From IMG/VR virus record IMGVR_UViG_3300048590_000053, positions 1 through 29,427 of that record: DNA of 29,427 nt; one strand, written 5' to 3'. The notes under the pieces were generated by a model that did no database searches, was not told where the DNA came from, and worked only from the letters and a program-made list of their open reading frames with translations. This document shows positions 1-8,837 of the stretch, piece by piece. The translations under genes were made by a program, and so were the position numbers. Every line of letters begins with the position of its first letter. The stretch's first letter is position 1. The stretch comes from a virus. Taxonomy: Duplodnaviria; Caudoviricetes.

Positions 1-3000
1 GACTGCAATTTGTCAATAGGGAGTGCCCTGGTTGTCTCCACAATACCAGCCAATGGACCGCGCTGATTCTGGTTGGTCATCATGTTCATGGCACCAAATG
101 AATTCAGAGCACCACTTTGCAACTTAGAGATAATGTCGAATTGCGAGCCAGCGTTGAGTTTGGAGTTGCGAACCATATCTGCAACCATCATGCCCTGAGC
201 ATCCCCGGCATCTTTAATCATTGTTGTCAGCGAGTCAAGAACGGAACCCTTTTGAGCATCGCTTGCGCTATCAAACATCGCCTGCATGCTTTGTGCAGTA
301 GAATTAAGGCTTGTTCCTAGTTGATTAATGCCATTCTTGGTTTCTGGGATTGCCTTGTTGAGGTACTGAAGTCTCTGCTGCTCATCTTCTGAAAGAACGC
401 CATCGCCCTTCTTCTCTTGCAGTGCGGAGCGCTCATCAATCAGGCCATTCAACTGCGCTTCTAGTGCTAGTCTATTTTGCAATCCGCTTTGAATTTGGCT
501 ATTCCATACAGACGCCACTTCGCCACCGATGCGCTGTGCAACCCCACGCATTTCGACACCGCGCATCGCTTGAGAAGCGCCCATCGTGGCCATTGGACCG
601 CCCATACCAAGTGTTGACCCGGCGAGGGCCATGCGTTGATACCACGGCATATCAGTCATTGGGTTCTTCTGAGCCTGCGCCTCTTGACTTTGTTTCAATA
701 TGGAAATGGCAGTGTTGGCGTTATCTGCCTGCTTAGCATAAACATCATTTGCCAATTGAGCAGGAGTCTTGTCAAGTTTAGCGCCCATCAGACCTTTTGT
801 ATAGCGTTCAATTTGACTTCCCATCGCTGGGCTTTCTTGCTTCAGCGCTGCCAGATACGCTCTTACATCGGAGGTTCCCATGACCCCGTTGATAACATAA
901 CTTGCCAACTTAGAAGCAAGAGACGTTCCAGCAACAGATTGATTGACTTTCATTGCCGTTGACGTGTAGTCTGACAACAGTTTCTTGCCAACGTCAGACT
1001 GCATAAACTGAGTTGCGGCGTCTAAAGACTCCTTTTTAACTCCCTGCTCCTGGCGAATTTGCTTCTGTACAAAACCCTCACGGCCAAACGCAGTGCCTAC
1101 TTCATCAATGCTGTCAGTAGTATTGTTAATAGCCGTGCCTAATTCGATACCCTGCTTGCGGCTTCGTTCATTAAATACCTTCCAGGCCATTGCACTTGCA
1201 CCAATTGCCGCTACCGCTGCACCAATTGCCACCCCCCACGGACCAAGGGCACTAACAACTGCTGGGATAGCACCAGACAAACGAGCAAATTGGTTAGGCA
1301 TCATTTGCGCCGCCATGCCTACACCCATGAGACCTTGTGCAGCAAATTGTGCAGCGGCAGGAACTTGCTTCCCGGCCATTTCAAGTCCCATAAATGCAGT
1401 ACTTGCTAGCATTCCGGCACCCATCATGCCCATACCAGGCATCTTGCCATACATTTGAGATTGTGGCTTAGGGGTCTTTGGCATAACTGGCGTAGGCGGC
1501 TTCATAGCCCCAGGGACTTTGCCAAACTGATACGTCTTACTTCTCGTTGCTTGATCCATACCGCTAACGCTTGAAGCGAGTCTTTTTCCGACTGCCTTTG
1601 CCTTTTCATTCGTTCCAGATGGAACAAGTAATCCTGATGGATGCTGTTCTAGTCCAGACATATTCAAGTTTGCCGAAGCGGCGATGGCGTCTTGTGTACG
1701 GACTCCCCTTCCACGATATGCGGCAAATGATCCTGGCGCAGCATCAATAACGCCCTTTTGCACACTCACTCTAGATTGCCCTTTAATCCCATACTGCTCT
1801 GGCTGAAGCATTTTGGCATAGCCGCGAGCATATTCGGGCGCAACGTCTTTGATGGTTCCAAGAATTGGTGACGCTACCTTTGCCACGTCTGGGTCTTTAA
1901 ACTGCTGAACGGTAGATTGGGCGATGCCCTCATGCAGAGACCTTACAGTGGCATTTGCCCACGTTTGCACGCGGGGGTCGCGCATCACTTGTTCTACTGG
2001 AATTCCAGCATTTCTTGCTAGGTCATCTAGGAATGGCGCAATGACTTCTTGCGGACGCATTTGAAGTTGGCTCAACAGCCTAGACTTCTCTACCCCGCGA
2101 GACTTGGCAGAATCCGAAAGATCAAGGTTGGTAGTGGAGCCCCAACCCAAAGCAACAGAAGAGTACCCCTGCAAGCGCCCCTCTTGAGCGGCTTTCACGA
2201 ATGCAATATTTGACGCCCCTGTCTTGCCCTGGTGGTATTGCATGGCGGCAGCAGTTTGTTCCTTTGTCAGCGAGAATGGCTGACCAACGTGTGAGCGGAC
2301 GGTCTGCCCTTCTTGAGCAAGCATTTTAGCAACCTGCGCTTGAGTGAAGGTCTGCGATACTCGTGGTGTAGCCTGAGCAGCAGTTGACGCACTAGTAGTT
2401 GCCCTACCGGTGCTAGTAGCCAGCCCAGCAGCACTTGCAGCAGCACCTGTTTGAGCGCCTGTCAATGCTGCAAGTTGTTGTGTAAGTAGTTGGGCAGCAC
2501 GAGCCTCTGCCATAAGTCCTGCGGCTGCCTTTTGAGATGCCCCAGCCAGTGAATTAGCGGCGGCACTTGCATTGAGTTCGTCAGTAGTCAAATACGCCAG
2601 ACTCTTTTGCCCAGTAATAAATCTGAAGAATGTTCGTACTGCCATTCCAGCCTTGACCATCATACCGGCGAAGTTAGCAAACACACCAACAACCATTGTG
2701 ACAACACCGGCTAGTGCCGCTAATCCTGCTCCACCAACTAGTGCCCATTTCGCCATATCGTTATTACTGAAGAAGTTGACTACCGGCGTAGCAAAACCCA
2801 CTAGTTTAGCAGCAATGTCAGATAGCAAAGCACCTAGCGGAGCAGCGGCAGCCTTAAGCCTTTCCAGTGATGCTTGCAGTTTGATCATAGGCGAGTCTGA
2901 AATCTGTGCCAATTCCTGAGAACTCATCTTCGCAAGTTCTTCATTGGTAGCAGTGGCCAGCCTCATTACCTCTTTTACCGGTTTACTGTCAATGTTCTTG

Positions 3001-4337
3001 AACAGTGCTCCCATGCGAGCATACTGATACTTGCCAAACAAGGCCTCAAGTGCCTGTTGGCGCTTATAGTTAGTTAGTCCATCAAAAGCCTTGCCCAAAT
3101 CCTGAACTGTACCAATAATGTCCCCGCGATTTCTCTTGGTGATCTTGTCAAGATTAATGCCCATCTCGCCTAGTTTTGCAGAGGCCGTATCGGTTGGGTT
3201 AATCATAGATGCAAGACCAGACTTCAACGCGTTAGCACCTTGCTCAGCAGTTACACCACCTTGACGCAAAGCAGTCATCATGATGGCAAGTTCTTCTACG
3301 TTACCTCCCAAGCCCTTAATAACCGGAGCAACGCGAGGTACAGCAGAGGCCATATCTTCCATGCTCAAGATCGTCTGGTTTTCCACAGCGTTTAGGAAGT
3401 CTGTTTTACGGCCCATCTCATCAGCGGAGATACCAAAGGCGGTCTGAGTAGCAATAGTGGACTCAAGGGCTTTGTTGTAATCCATTTCACCCAATGTAGC
3501 CAGTCGCATCGTTTCACGGGTAGCGGCAATCAGGTCTGCTCCCTGCGCACCAGTGGCAGCAGCGCGAGCGGCAACCGTCAGCGTGTCTGCAACCGACACA
3601 CCATACTTTGTCATGTCTTGTGCTACACCAGACTGCACCTTAGAAAGCATCTGAGACTTCTCGGCAACGCTGGTAGCGGAGTCACCATACACACGCTTGA
3701 ATGAAATGCTGGCCTTTTCAATGTCGTTGAATGACTTGATTGCCCCCGCCGATGCAATGGCAATGGGAATACCCATACCAACCATCATCTGGCGACCGGC
3801 CCACTGAGTATTCTTACCCCAGTTTACCAAAGCAGTAGAACCCATTTGTAGATTGCGTCTAAAAAGAACAGCCTTCTGATGAGCGTACATCGCGTCTGCC
3901 CCGAACTCACGCATCATCTTGTCTGGCTTGATCTGCATAGCCTTTTGAACGCCGCCCATCTCTTTACCTAGAGCAACATATTGGCTTTGCAGCATGCGAA
4001 CGCGGTCAGCGGCCATGCGGTTGATGTTTGAATGGTCAGAACTCCATCGCTTAGAATTTTGACGATACTTCTGCATTGTGGTAGAGCCACGGTCAAACTC
4101 CTGGTGCATTCTACCTAGTTGGGTATGGACATTCCTAATTCCGGTCGTAAACATACCACTGCCAGAGAGCACATTGCTCATCCGACGAATTGCTTTTTCC
4201 TGGGCCATTACCCCGCCAGCAGTAGCGGCGAGCATGCCCTTGTTCATGTTCGCTACCTTGCCCTGCAAGGCGGCTAGTTGTGCGGCGGCATTAGCAGCAT
4301 TAATCTGAACATTAATTGTTGCATTGACGCTAGCCAT
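1..4337 (-). CDS. Tape measure protein (3' end outside window)
   Basis: Absent from the ORF track, presumably because no stop lies in the window. ATG at 4337 overlaps the upstream ORF end, with GAGGTG SD. Spot-checked translation: MASVNATINVQINAANAAAQLAAL...LVNWGKNTQWAGRQMMVGMGIP...; Ala/Gly-rich with hydrophobic segments, same frame near 1400, 2300 and position 3. Lies directly after the tail chaperones. Confidence 0.93.
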   Translation of the reverse strand, partial: MASVNATINVQINAANAAAQLAALQGKVANMNKGMLAATAGGVMAQEKAIRRMSNVLSGSGMFTTGIRNVHTQLGRMHQEFDRGSTTMQKYRQNSKRWSSDHSNINRMAADRVRMLQSQYVALGKEMGGVQKAMQIKPDKMMREFGADAMYAHQKAVLFRRNLQMGSTALVNWGKNTQWAGRQMMVGMGIPIAIASAGAIKSFNDIEKASISFKRVYGDSATSVAEKSQMLSKVQSGVAQDMTKYGVSVADTLTVAARAAATGAQGADLIAATRETMRLATLGEMDYNKALESTIATQTAFGISADEMGRKTDFLNAVENQTILSMEDMASAVPRVAPVIKGLGGNVEELAIMMTALRQGGVTAEQGANALKSGLASMINPTDTASAKLGEMGINLDKITKRNRGDIIGTVQDLGKAFDGLTNYKRQQALEALFGKYQYARMGALFKNIDSKPVKEVMRLATATNEELAKMSSQELAQISDSPMIKLQASLERLKAAAAPLGALLSDIAAKLVGFATPVVNFFSNNDMAKWALVGGAGLAALAGVVTMVVGVFANFAGMMVKAGMAVRTFFRFITGQKSLAYLTTDELNASAAANSLAGASQKAAAGLMAEARAAQLLTQQLAALTGAQTGAAASAAGLATSTGRATTSASTAAQATPRVSQTFTQAQVAKMLAQEGQTVRSHVGQPFSLTKEQTAAAMQYHQGKTGASNIAFVKAAQEGRLQGYSSVALGWGSTTNLDLSDSAKSRGVEKSRLLSQLQMRPQEVIAPFLDDLARNAGIPVEQVMRDPRVQTWANATVRSLHEGIAQSTVQQFKDPDVAKVASPILGTIKDVAPEYARGYAKMLQPEQYGIKGQSRVSVQKGVIDAAPGSFAAYRGRGVRTQDAIAASANLNMSGLEQHPSGLLVPSGTNEKAKAVGKRLASSVSGMDQATRSKTYQFGKVPGAMKPPTPVMPKTPKPQSQMYGKMPGMGMMGAGMLASTAFMGLEMAGKQVPAAAQFAAQGLMGVGMAAQMMPNQFARLSGAIPAVVSALGPWGVAIGAAVAAIGASAMAWKVFNERSRKQGIELGTAINNTTDSIDEVGTAFGREGFVQKQIRQEQGVKKESLDAATQFMQSDVGKKLLSDYTSTAMKVNQSVAGTSLASKLASYVINGVMGTSDVRAYLAALKQESPAMGSQIERYTKGLMGAKLDKTPAQLANDVYAKQADNANTAISILKQSQEAQAQKNPMTDMPWYQRMALAGSTLGMGGPMATMGASQAMRGVEMRGVAQRIGGEVASVWNSQIQSGLQNRLALEAQLNGLIDERSALQEKKGDGVLSEDEQQRLQYLNKAIPETKNGINQLGTSLNSTAQSMQAMFDSASDAQKGSVLDSLTTMIKDAGDAQGMMVADMVRNSKLNAGSQFDIISKLQSGALNSFGAMNMMTNQNQRGPLAGIVETTRALPIDKLQ

Positions 4338-4680
4338 CGTACACCTCGTACTCTATGCCATTGTCAATGAACTCTTTGATGTTGGGATCGACTTCTTCTA
4401 CCCCAGTCAGTTCCTCAACTTTTTTGCGTGCATTATCGAAGACTTTGCCAACAGCATCTTCAGTTGCTTCTTTATCAAGATCAATACCCTTGAGAGCAGC
4501 AAAGAATTTGCGGTCTTCGGAACGTTGGGTTCTAGCCTCAATCAGCAGCGAATTTAGTTCTGGCATCGACAAAGAATCCTCCAATTCCTGAAAATTCTTC
4601 CATATCCCTAATAGGAATACTTCGGTTTCCAGTGCGGCGAGGTCTAAGTCTACCCACTTAGCCCCGCCACCAGATTTGGG
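4330..4680 (-). CDS. Tail assembly chaperone, frameshifted (GT-type) C-terminal part
   Basis: The frame of track ORF 4330..4584 is open upstream to 4680 (PKSGGGAKWVDLDLAALETEVFLLGIWKNFQELEDSL...). It begins exactly at a CCCAAAT slippery heptamer in the preceding gene. Confidence 0.8.
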   Translation of the reverse strand, partial: PKSGGGAKWVDLDLAALETEVFLLGIWKNFQELEDSLSMPELNSLLIEARTQRSEDRKFFAALKGIDLDKEATEDAVGKVFDNARKKVEELTGVEEVDPNIKEFIDNGIEYEVYDG

Positions 4681-4979
4681 TCACTGTCGTCCATCTTAAT
4701 TCCAGATGCGACCTCAATAATCTTATAGATGGTGGGCAAGTCTAGTTCGTCCTCGATTGCTTCCTTGTCTTTAGCAAGTTCGGGATCGTACTGCTGCATG
4801 GCAATGGCCACGCAATCAACCATCTTGGACAAAGACTGGTCATTATCGCTTGCCACGTCGCTGAGTCCTTCGAACTCACGCATGAACTTACGTAGCAGCG
4901 ACAACTTTAGTGGGCGCAATACAAGCACCTTACCACTAAACAATTCAATTTCAACCGACTGATATACGGTTGTAGCCAT
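4650..4979 (-). CDS. Tail assembly chaperone (G-type)
   Basis: 109-aa acidic helical ORF between major tail and tape measure genes; AAGGAG SD; slippery site near its 3' end. Confidence 0.85.
   Translation of the reverse strand: MATTVYQSVEIELFSGKVLVLRPLKLSLLRKFMREFEGLSDVASDNDQSLSKMVDCVAIAMQQYDPELAKDKEAIEDELDLPTIYKIIEVASGIKMDDSDPNLVAGLSG
4674..4680 (-). other. -1 programmed ribosomal frameshift site C CCA AAT
   Basis: X XXY YYZ heptamer in the correct phase (GAC CCA AAT). The -1 frame has TGA immediately before it and is open for over 110 codons after it. Confidence 0.85.
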
Positions 4980-5008
4980 TCAATAACTCCTTAAAGTGTA
5001 GTGATTAT

Positions 5009-5017
5009 ATTATAGCA
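5009..5017 (-). promoter_or_regulatory. Extended -10 promoter TGCTATAAT for the chaperone gene
   Basis: Matches the recurring motif; SD-led gene downstream. Confidence 0.75.
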
Positions 5018-5052
5018 CACGAAAGCCCACCCGATTTGTAGTCAGGTGGGCT
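5017..5052 (-). terminator. Intrinsic terminator after major tail gene
   Basis: AGCCCACCTGA/TCGGGTGGGCT 11-bp stem (one G-U) followed by TTCGTGT. Confidence 0.75.
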
Positions 5053-5067
5053 AACGTATTTGGCTTC

Positions 5068-5712
5068 TTAGACCCAAGTACGGTCAACGATCTTACCGTA
5101 TGATCCAGAAACATCTTCGGGCAGAAGCCTGAAGTTTGTTTCGAACGCAGTCTGTTCATCTCTCTTTGCAGATAGTGTGACGGACTCAATCGAAAGAGCA
5201 CGGTACGCAATGTACACCCGCTCAGTCTTGTTGGACACCGCACAGTCTCCTGTACCAGCACCCACAGCAACGAGACCTCGCTCAACGGGGCACTCACCAA
5301 TGTCACCAGCAGACAAGTCCAGGGTCTTTGGAGGCCCAGCAGTCAACTTGCTTGGGTTGTATGCAAGTGCGACCAAGAGGTTTTCCAGAGTTGCCTCTGC
5401 CATAGAAGTTTTCATTGAAACCTTCATTCCCTGCTTGTACAACTTGGCAACGTCTAGAATCTGATCGACCATAACCTCTCCGAAGTCTGGTTCGAACGTG
5501 ATTTCAAGACCGTTAGTTGTGTATCCTACATTGCGGAAGTCCTTGTCGTCGTTAAGGGTTTCCTTGTATGACTTGTTTCCTTCAAATGTCGGATATGCGT
5601 TGTCGTCACCAGTCAGCGATACCGCTGGGGTAGCAGACAATGGTGCGTCGGCAACAAACAGTGCTGCTGCGCCAACAATGATATTCTTCGAATCTCCACG
5701 TTTGTATGGCAT
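5068..5712 (-). CDS. Major tail (tube) protein
   Basis: 214 aa; siphovirus tube-type motifs NIIVGAAALFV, VGYTTNGLEITFEP, SMAEATLENL; position; AGGTG SD. Confidence 0.88.
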   Translation of the reverse strand: MPYKRGDSKNIIVGAAALFVADAPLSATPAVSLTGDDNAYPTFEGNKSYKETLNDDKDFRNVGYTTNGLEITFEPDFGEVMVDQILDVAKLYKQGMKVSMKTSMAEATLENLLVALAYNPSKLTAGPPKTLDLSAGDIGECPVERGLVAVGAGTGDCAVSNKTERVYIAYRALSIESVTLSAKRDEQTAFETNFRLLPEDVSGSYGKIVDRTWV

Positions 5713-5767
5713 TTATTTTTCACCTACCTTCACTGAAAGTTGTTTGGCGGCGTTCCTCACATGTATC

Positions 5768-5776
5768 ATTATACAC
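5768..5776 (-). promoter_or_regulatory. -10 promoter GTGTATAAT for major tail gene
   Basis: Perfect TATAAT in the intergenic gap just after the upstream stop. Confidence 0.65.
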
Positions 5777-5781
5777 CCTAT

Positions 5782-6288
5782 TTAATCAAACTTCCCGGTT
5801 TTTGTCAGGTGGTACTGATATTCAATAACCATTGTCGATAAGTACTTCTGATTAACTGCAAAGTCCATACGGTTTTCGGCTGCCTGATCAACTTGCATCA
5901 CTCTGAACCAATGAAAATATACCCCGGCGCTTGGGTGGTTTTGAGACAGCCATGCATTGACGTCCTGACCAGCAGCATCATGCCTGTCAAGTATTACTCC
6001 GATTGCATTTGACCAGGCCAGAACCTCAGTCGGGGTGCCTTTTACAACATACAGCAATTGGCTTTTGCGTACCACATACAACGGACTTGATCTAAACCTT
6101 AACAACTGGTCATAGATCACATACGGTTTGGTTTGCCACGGCCAATCATCAGCGCGAGCGTCTGAAATGGGGAAGAATGGAACTATGTTTCCGTAATTGG
6201 ACAATCCTGGGTCGAGTGACTTTAGGGAGTCCCACACATACTTATTAATATAGGTAGGTGGTACTGGCAGTACGTCTTTTAGGCTCAT
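5782..6288 (-). CDS. Putative tail terminator/completion protein
   Basis: 168 aa immediately upstream of the tube gene; PYVIYD motif; ATGA-coupled. Call is mainly positional. Confidence 0.6.
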   Translation of the reverse strand: MSLKDVLPVPPTYINKYVWDSLKSLDPGLSNYGNIVPFFPISDARADDWPWQTKPYVIYDQLLRFRSSPLYVVRKSQLLYVVKGTPTEVLAWSNAIGVILDRHDAAGQDVNAWLSQNHPSAGVYFHWFRVMQVDQAAENRMDFAVNQKYLSTMVIEYQYHLTKTGKFD

Positions 6289-6950
6289 ACCACTACTCCA
6301 ACATCAGGAGATGTGATCCACTTATACCCCGCTGAAAATCCGGTTCCGAATCCACCACCGCGAGCGCCAGCAGGGAATGATGCAGCAAACTCATCTGCTG
6401 TGGCCAAGTCTGCCAACATTGCTATCAACAATGATTGTGATAGGTATTCAGTAAAGAACTTATTGGAGTACCGTGCCCAACTACCCACCGTTGCCGGTCC
6501 ACCGGGGTGGGCAACGAACACATCGTTAGGTGTGAACACATCATCCCAATGTAGGTAATTAACGTTCACCGGACTAATAGTAACACTCTGCCCAGACTCC
6601 ATCACGTCTGCCTTGTTGTAGAAGGGAACCCGTGATCCATTGGGAATAGATGAAGACGATTGTGTTTCACCAGTAATGATGATGGTGTTGCCACCTACTG
6701 TAAAGTCATATTCGAATAGACGTGCCCCCGCGCTGCCTGTCTGATACCACTCATAAACGTGGTGGAGTGCCGCGTGGTTACCACCAGCCATAGCATCCAT
6801 CCACAGACCCATTGCTTCAGTGATTACCTGACCCATTTTAGTCAACAGCACCGGAAGTCCATCTTCTCCACCGGCAATGAAGCCAGCACAGTATTCTGCG
6901 GTACTCTTGAGCACCATCTCTAGGTCAGATGTATCAATTAAAAGAGTCAT
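6285..6950 (-). CDS. Putative neck/tail-completion protein
   Basis: 221 aa, ATGA-coupled within the head-tail joining block. Confidence 0.55.
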   Translation of the reverse strand: MTLLIDTSDLEMVLKSTAEYCAGFIAGGEDGLPVLLTKMGQVITEAMGLWMDAMAGGNHAALHHVYEWYQTGSAGARLFEYDFTVGGNTIIITGETQSSSSIPNGSRVPFYNKADVMESGQSVTISPVNVNYLHWDDVFTPNDVFVAHPGGPATVGSWARYSNKFFTEYLSQSLLIAMLADLATADEFAASFPAGARGGGFGTGFSAGYKWITSPDVGVVV

Positions 6951-7369
6951 GTTGCCACCTGCTCGTCCGCTCTGTTGAGAACAATCTTAATGTAGTCCAC
7001 CTTACCGAATGGGTCAATGTGTGGTGAATACCCCATCACTTCATACATTGTGCTGTCCCCTGCGCGGTCACCAGCAGTTTCCGTGAATGCTGACTCTCCA
7101 CATGAAGACCTGATATTGGTAATCAACACGTCCGTTAGCGCATGCATTTCACCGAATGAATCAATACGCACGTCTTCGGTAACTTGGGCATTGATTTGAT
7201 CGAGAATCCTCATGCGTTGTTCGGGAAAGACGTTTTGATCTTTATAGTTTGTATTGGAGGCCACTCTGCATGGGATGGTTCGGTCGTATGTCCACACAAC
7301 CTCCAACTCTCCGTAATCATTTTGCAACGCTGTCGAGTATCCAATATCCATCAGTGTTGGATAGAACAT
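6947..7369 (-). CDS. Putative head-closure (stopper) protein
   Basis: 140 aa beta-rich; N-terminal QNDYGE...W and C-terminal YEVMG...KIVL pattern resembling SPP1 gp16-like proteins. Confidence 0.65.
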   Translation of the reverse strand: MFYPTLMDIGYSTALQNDYGELEVVWTYDRTIPCRVASNTNYKDQNVFPEQRMRILDQINAQVTEDVRIDSFGEMHALTDVLITNIRSSCGESAFTETAGDRAGDSTMYEVMGYSPHIDPFGKVDYIKIVLNRADEQVAT

Positions 7370-7370
7370 T

Positions 7371-8237
7371 TTACAACACTCCTATGTTATTGAAAATAGT
7401 GCGTCCCCAATAACGCTTGAGTGTTTGGTCAACAAGTAAATCTCCGGTACCGGCAAATGCACGCCGATCAAAGTCAGTGCGATACTCGTCGGTTTCATAC
7501 TTCACAATGTACCTCTGCAAGTAGTTAGGAGTGCCACATGCCAACTCATTGATCATACGCTTAACGCATGTTTTTATGTCAGTAGGGACTACCGGATACC
7601 CAACCTCAGCGACAACTGTGTATACGTAATCCCCTCCGAATTGTGAGCCGTAATACACGTTGTAGTGGGTGTCAGATGATCCAGTAGGTATTCTGAGCGG
7701 GGAACCTTCAAGTATGTCCTCGGTAGATGCTACCTTTACGTACAGTCCGTTATCAGATAGTACATAGTCATAGATGTTATCATTACCATCAAATACTACC
7801 TGGCCATTTTCGGCAATCGAGATGAGTTTACGTACATTGTATCCAAGTGGAAGCACGTCCGATCCCGTTCCCATGCGTTCAAACGTTTGCTTGTAGTAGT
7901 AGAACCCGCCGACAATATTGTCAATAGCCAGCCGTGCAATCTTTTCATACTCGCTATACGTAGCAAAGTCTTTGTCTGGGTATTCTTTGGCAACGTCGAT
8001 GTATGGCCTTGCTACCCGTAGCGTGTCTTCAACGACTACCCCGGTGTCTTTGACCACTAAGGAATATTCGCCGTCGTACTTTTCGTGCGTTTCTGGAATC
8101 TCAACAGATACTGCGGAATTCCCATCAGATAGGTGAGTCTCTGTAGCATCACAAAACTCTACGGTATACGTAGTGTTTGGCAATGGGACTTCGATGTCAA
8201 ATGATAGCGGGTATGGGGGGAGTCGTCTAATATCCAT
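7371..8237 (-). CDS. Putative head-tail adaptor with N-terminal extension
   Basis: 288 aa; ARLAIDNIVG, GYPVVPTDIK and VDQTLKRY motifs typical of adaptor proteins. Confidence 0.7.
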   Translation of the reverse strand: MDIRRLPPYPLSFDIEVPLPNTTYTVEFCDATETHLSDGNSAVSVEIPETHEKYDGEYSLVVKDTGVVVEDTLRVARPYIDVAKEYPDKDFATYSEYEKIARLAIDNIVGGFYYYKQTFERMGTGSDVLPLGYNVRKLISIAENGQVVFDGNDNIYDYVLSDNGLYVKVASTEDILEGSPLRIPTGSSDTHYNVYYGSQFGGDYVYTVVAEVGYPVVPTDIKTCVKRMINELACGTPNYLQRYIVKYETDEYRTDFDRRAFAGTGDLLVDQTLKRYWGRTIFNNIGVL

Positions 8238-8764
8238 TATAGATTAAAGTGCAGTCGTACTTCGTCGGCAGTTGCCTCTCGCACCCCACGAATTGTCAAC
8301 CACTTCTCTGCTTCCTCCTTTGATACAAAGTTGTATCCTCGTTTCAATTGGCCTACTCCATCCCATGAAACGTTCCTCTTACAGTATACCGCAATTTTCT
8401 CTGGTGTTCCCTCGGCTTTGCGCTGTGCCCTGCGTCGTCTGCGACTATGACTAGGCATCTTTTCAAATTCATCTGGTGGCAATACCTTCCTCCATTGCTC
8501 ATCTATCATTTCGCCTTTAGCCGCACGGTAGTCGTGACTCTCTTTTGCGCTAGGGGTTCCTGTCTTTGGCCCACCGACCACCTGCACCAACGGCAGTATA
8601 TCGGGGATTTCATAACCCTCTCCAACCTCAGAGACGATTGCTCTGCATATCTCAAGTTTACGCATCGTATTCTTAAATGGAACATTGTTGTGTTTAGCAA
8701 TGCTCTGCAACTGCGGCTTACTATATAAATCGTACAGTTTATGTACGGGGTCGTCGTATTTCAT
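8237..8764 (-). CDS. Hypothetical protein with Rho-N/HeH-like N-terminal domain and Arg-rich tract
   Basis: YSKPQLQSIAKHNNVPFKNTMRKLEICRAI resembles helix-extension-helix domains; contains SRRRRRAQRK; leaderless start. Confidence 0.6.
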   Translation of the reverse strand: MKYDDPVHKLYDLYSKPQLQSIAKHNNVPFKNTMRKLEICRAIVSEVGEGYEIPDILPLVQVVGGPKTGTPSAKESHDYRAAKGEMIDEQWRKVLPPDEFEKMPSHSRRRRRAQRKAEGTPEKIAVYCKRNVSWDGVGQLKRGYNFVSKEEAEKWLTIRGVREATADEVRLHFNL

Positions 8765-8770
8765 ATTTCT

Positions 8771-8779
8771 ATTATATCA
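8771..8779 (-). promoter_or_regulatory. Leaderless extended -10 promoter TGATATAAT
   Basis: Exactly 6 nt before ATG 8764; no SD. Confidence 0.8.
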
Positions 8780-8812
8780 AACGAAAGAAGGGAGGCCCGA
8801 AGACCTCCCTCC
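8779..8812 (-). terminator. Intrinsic terminator after capsid gene
   Basis: GGAGGGAGGTC-TTCG-GGCCTCCCTTC stem with cUUCGg tetraloop followed by TTTCGTTT. Confidence 0.85.
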
Positions 8813-8837
8813 AATCATGCCTGTTAAGGCGTACCCG

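Noticed and set aside
117-4591. Plus-strand ORFs over the left end
   Set aside because: Antisense shadows of the tape measure and chaperone genes; no SD or promoter motif noticed.
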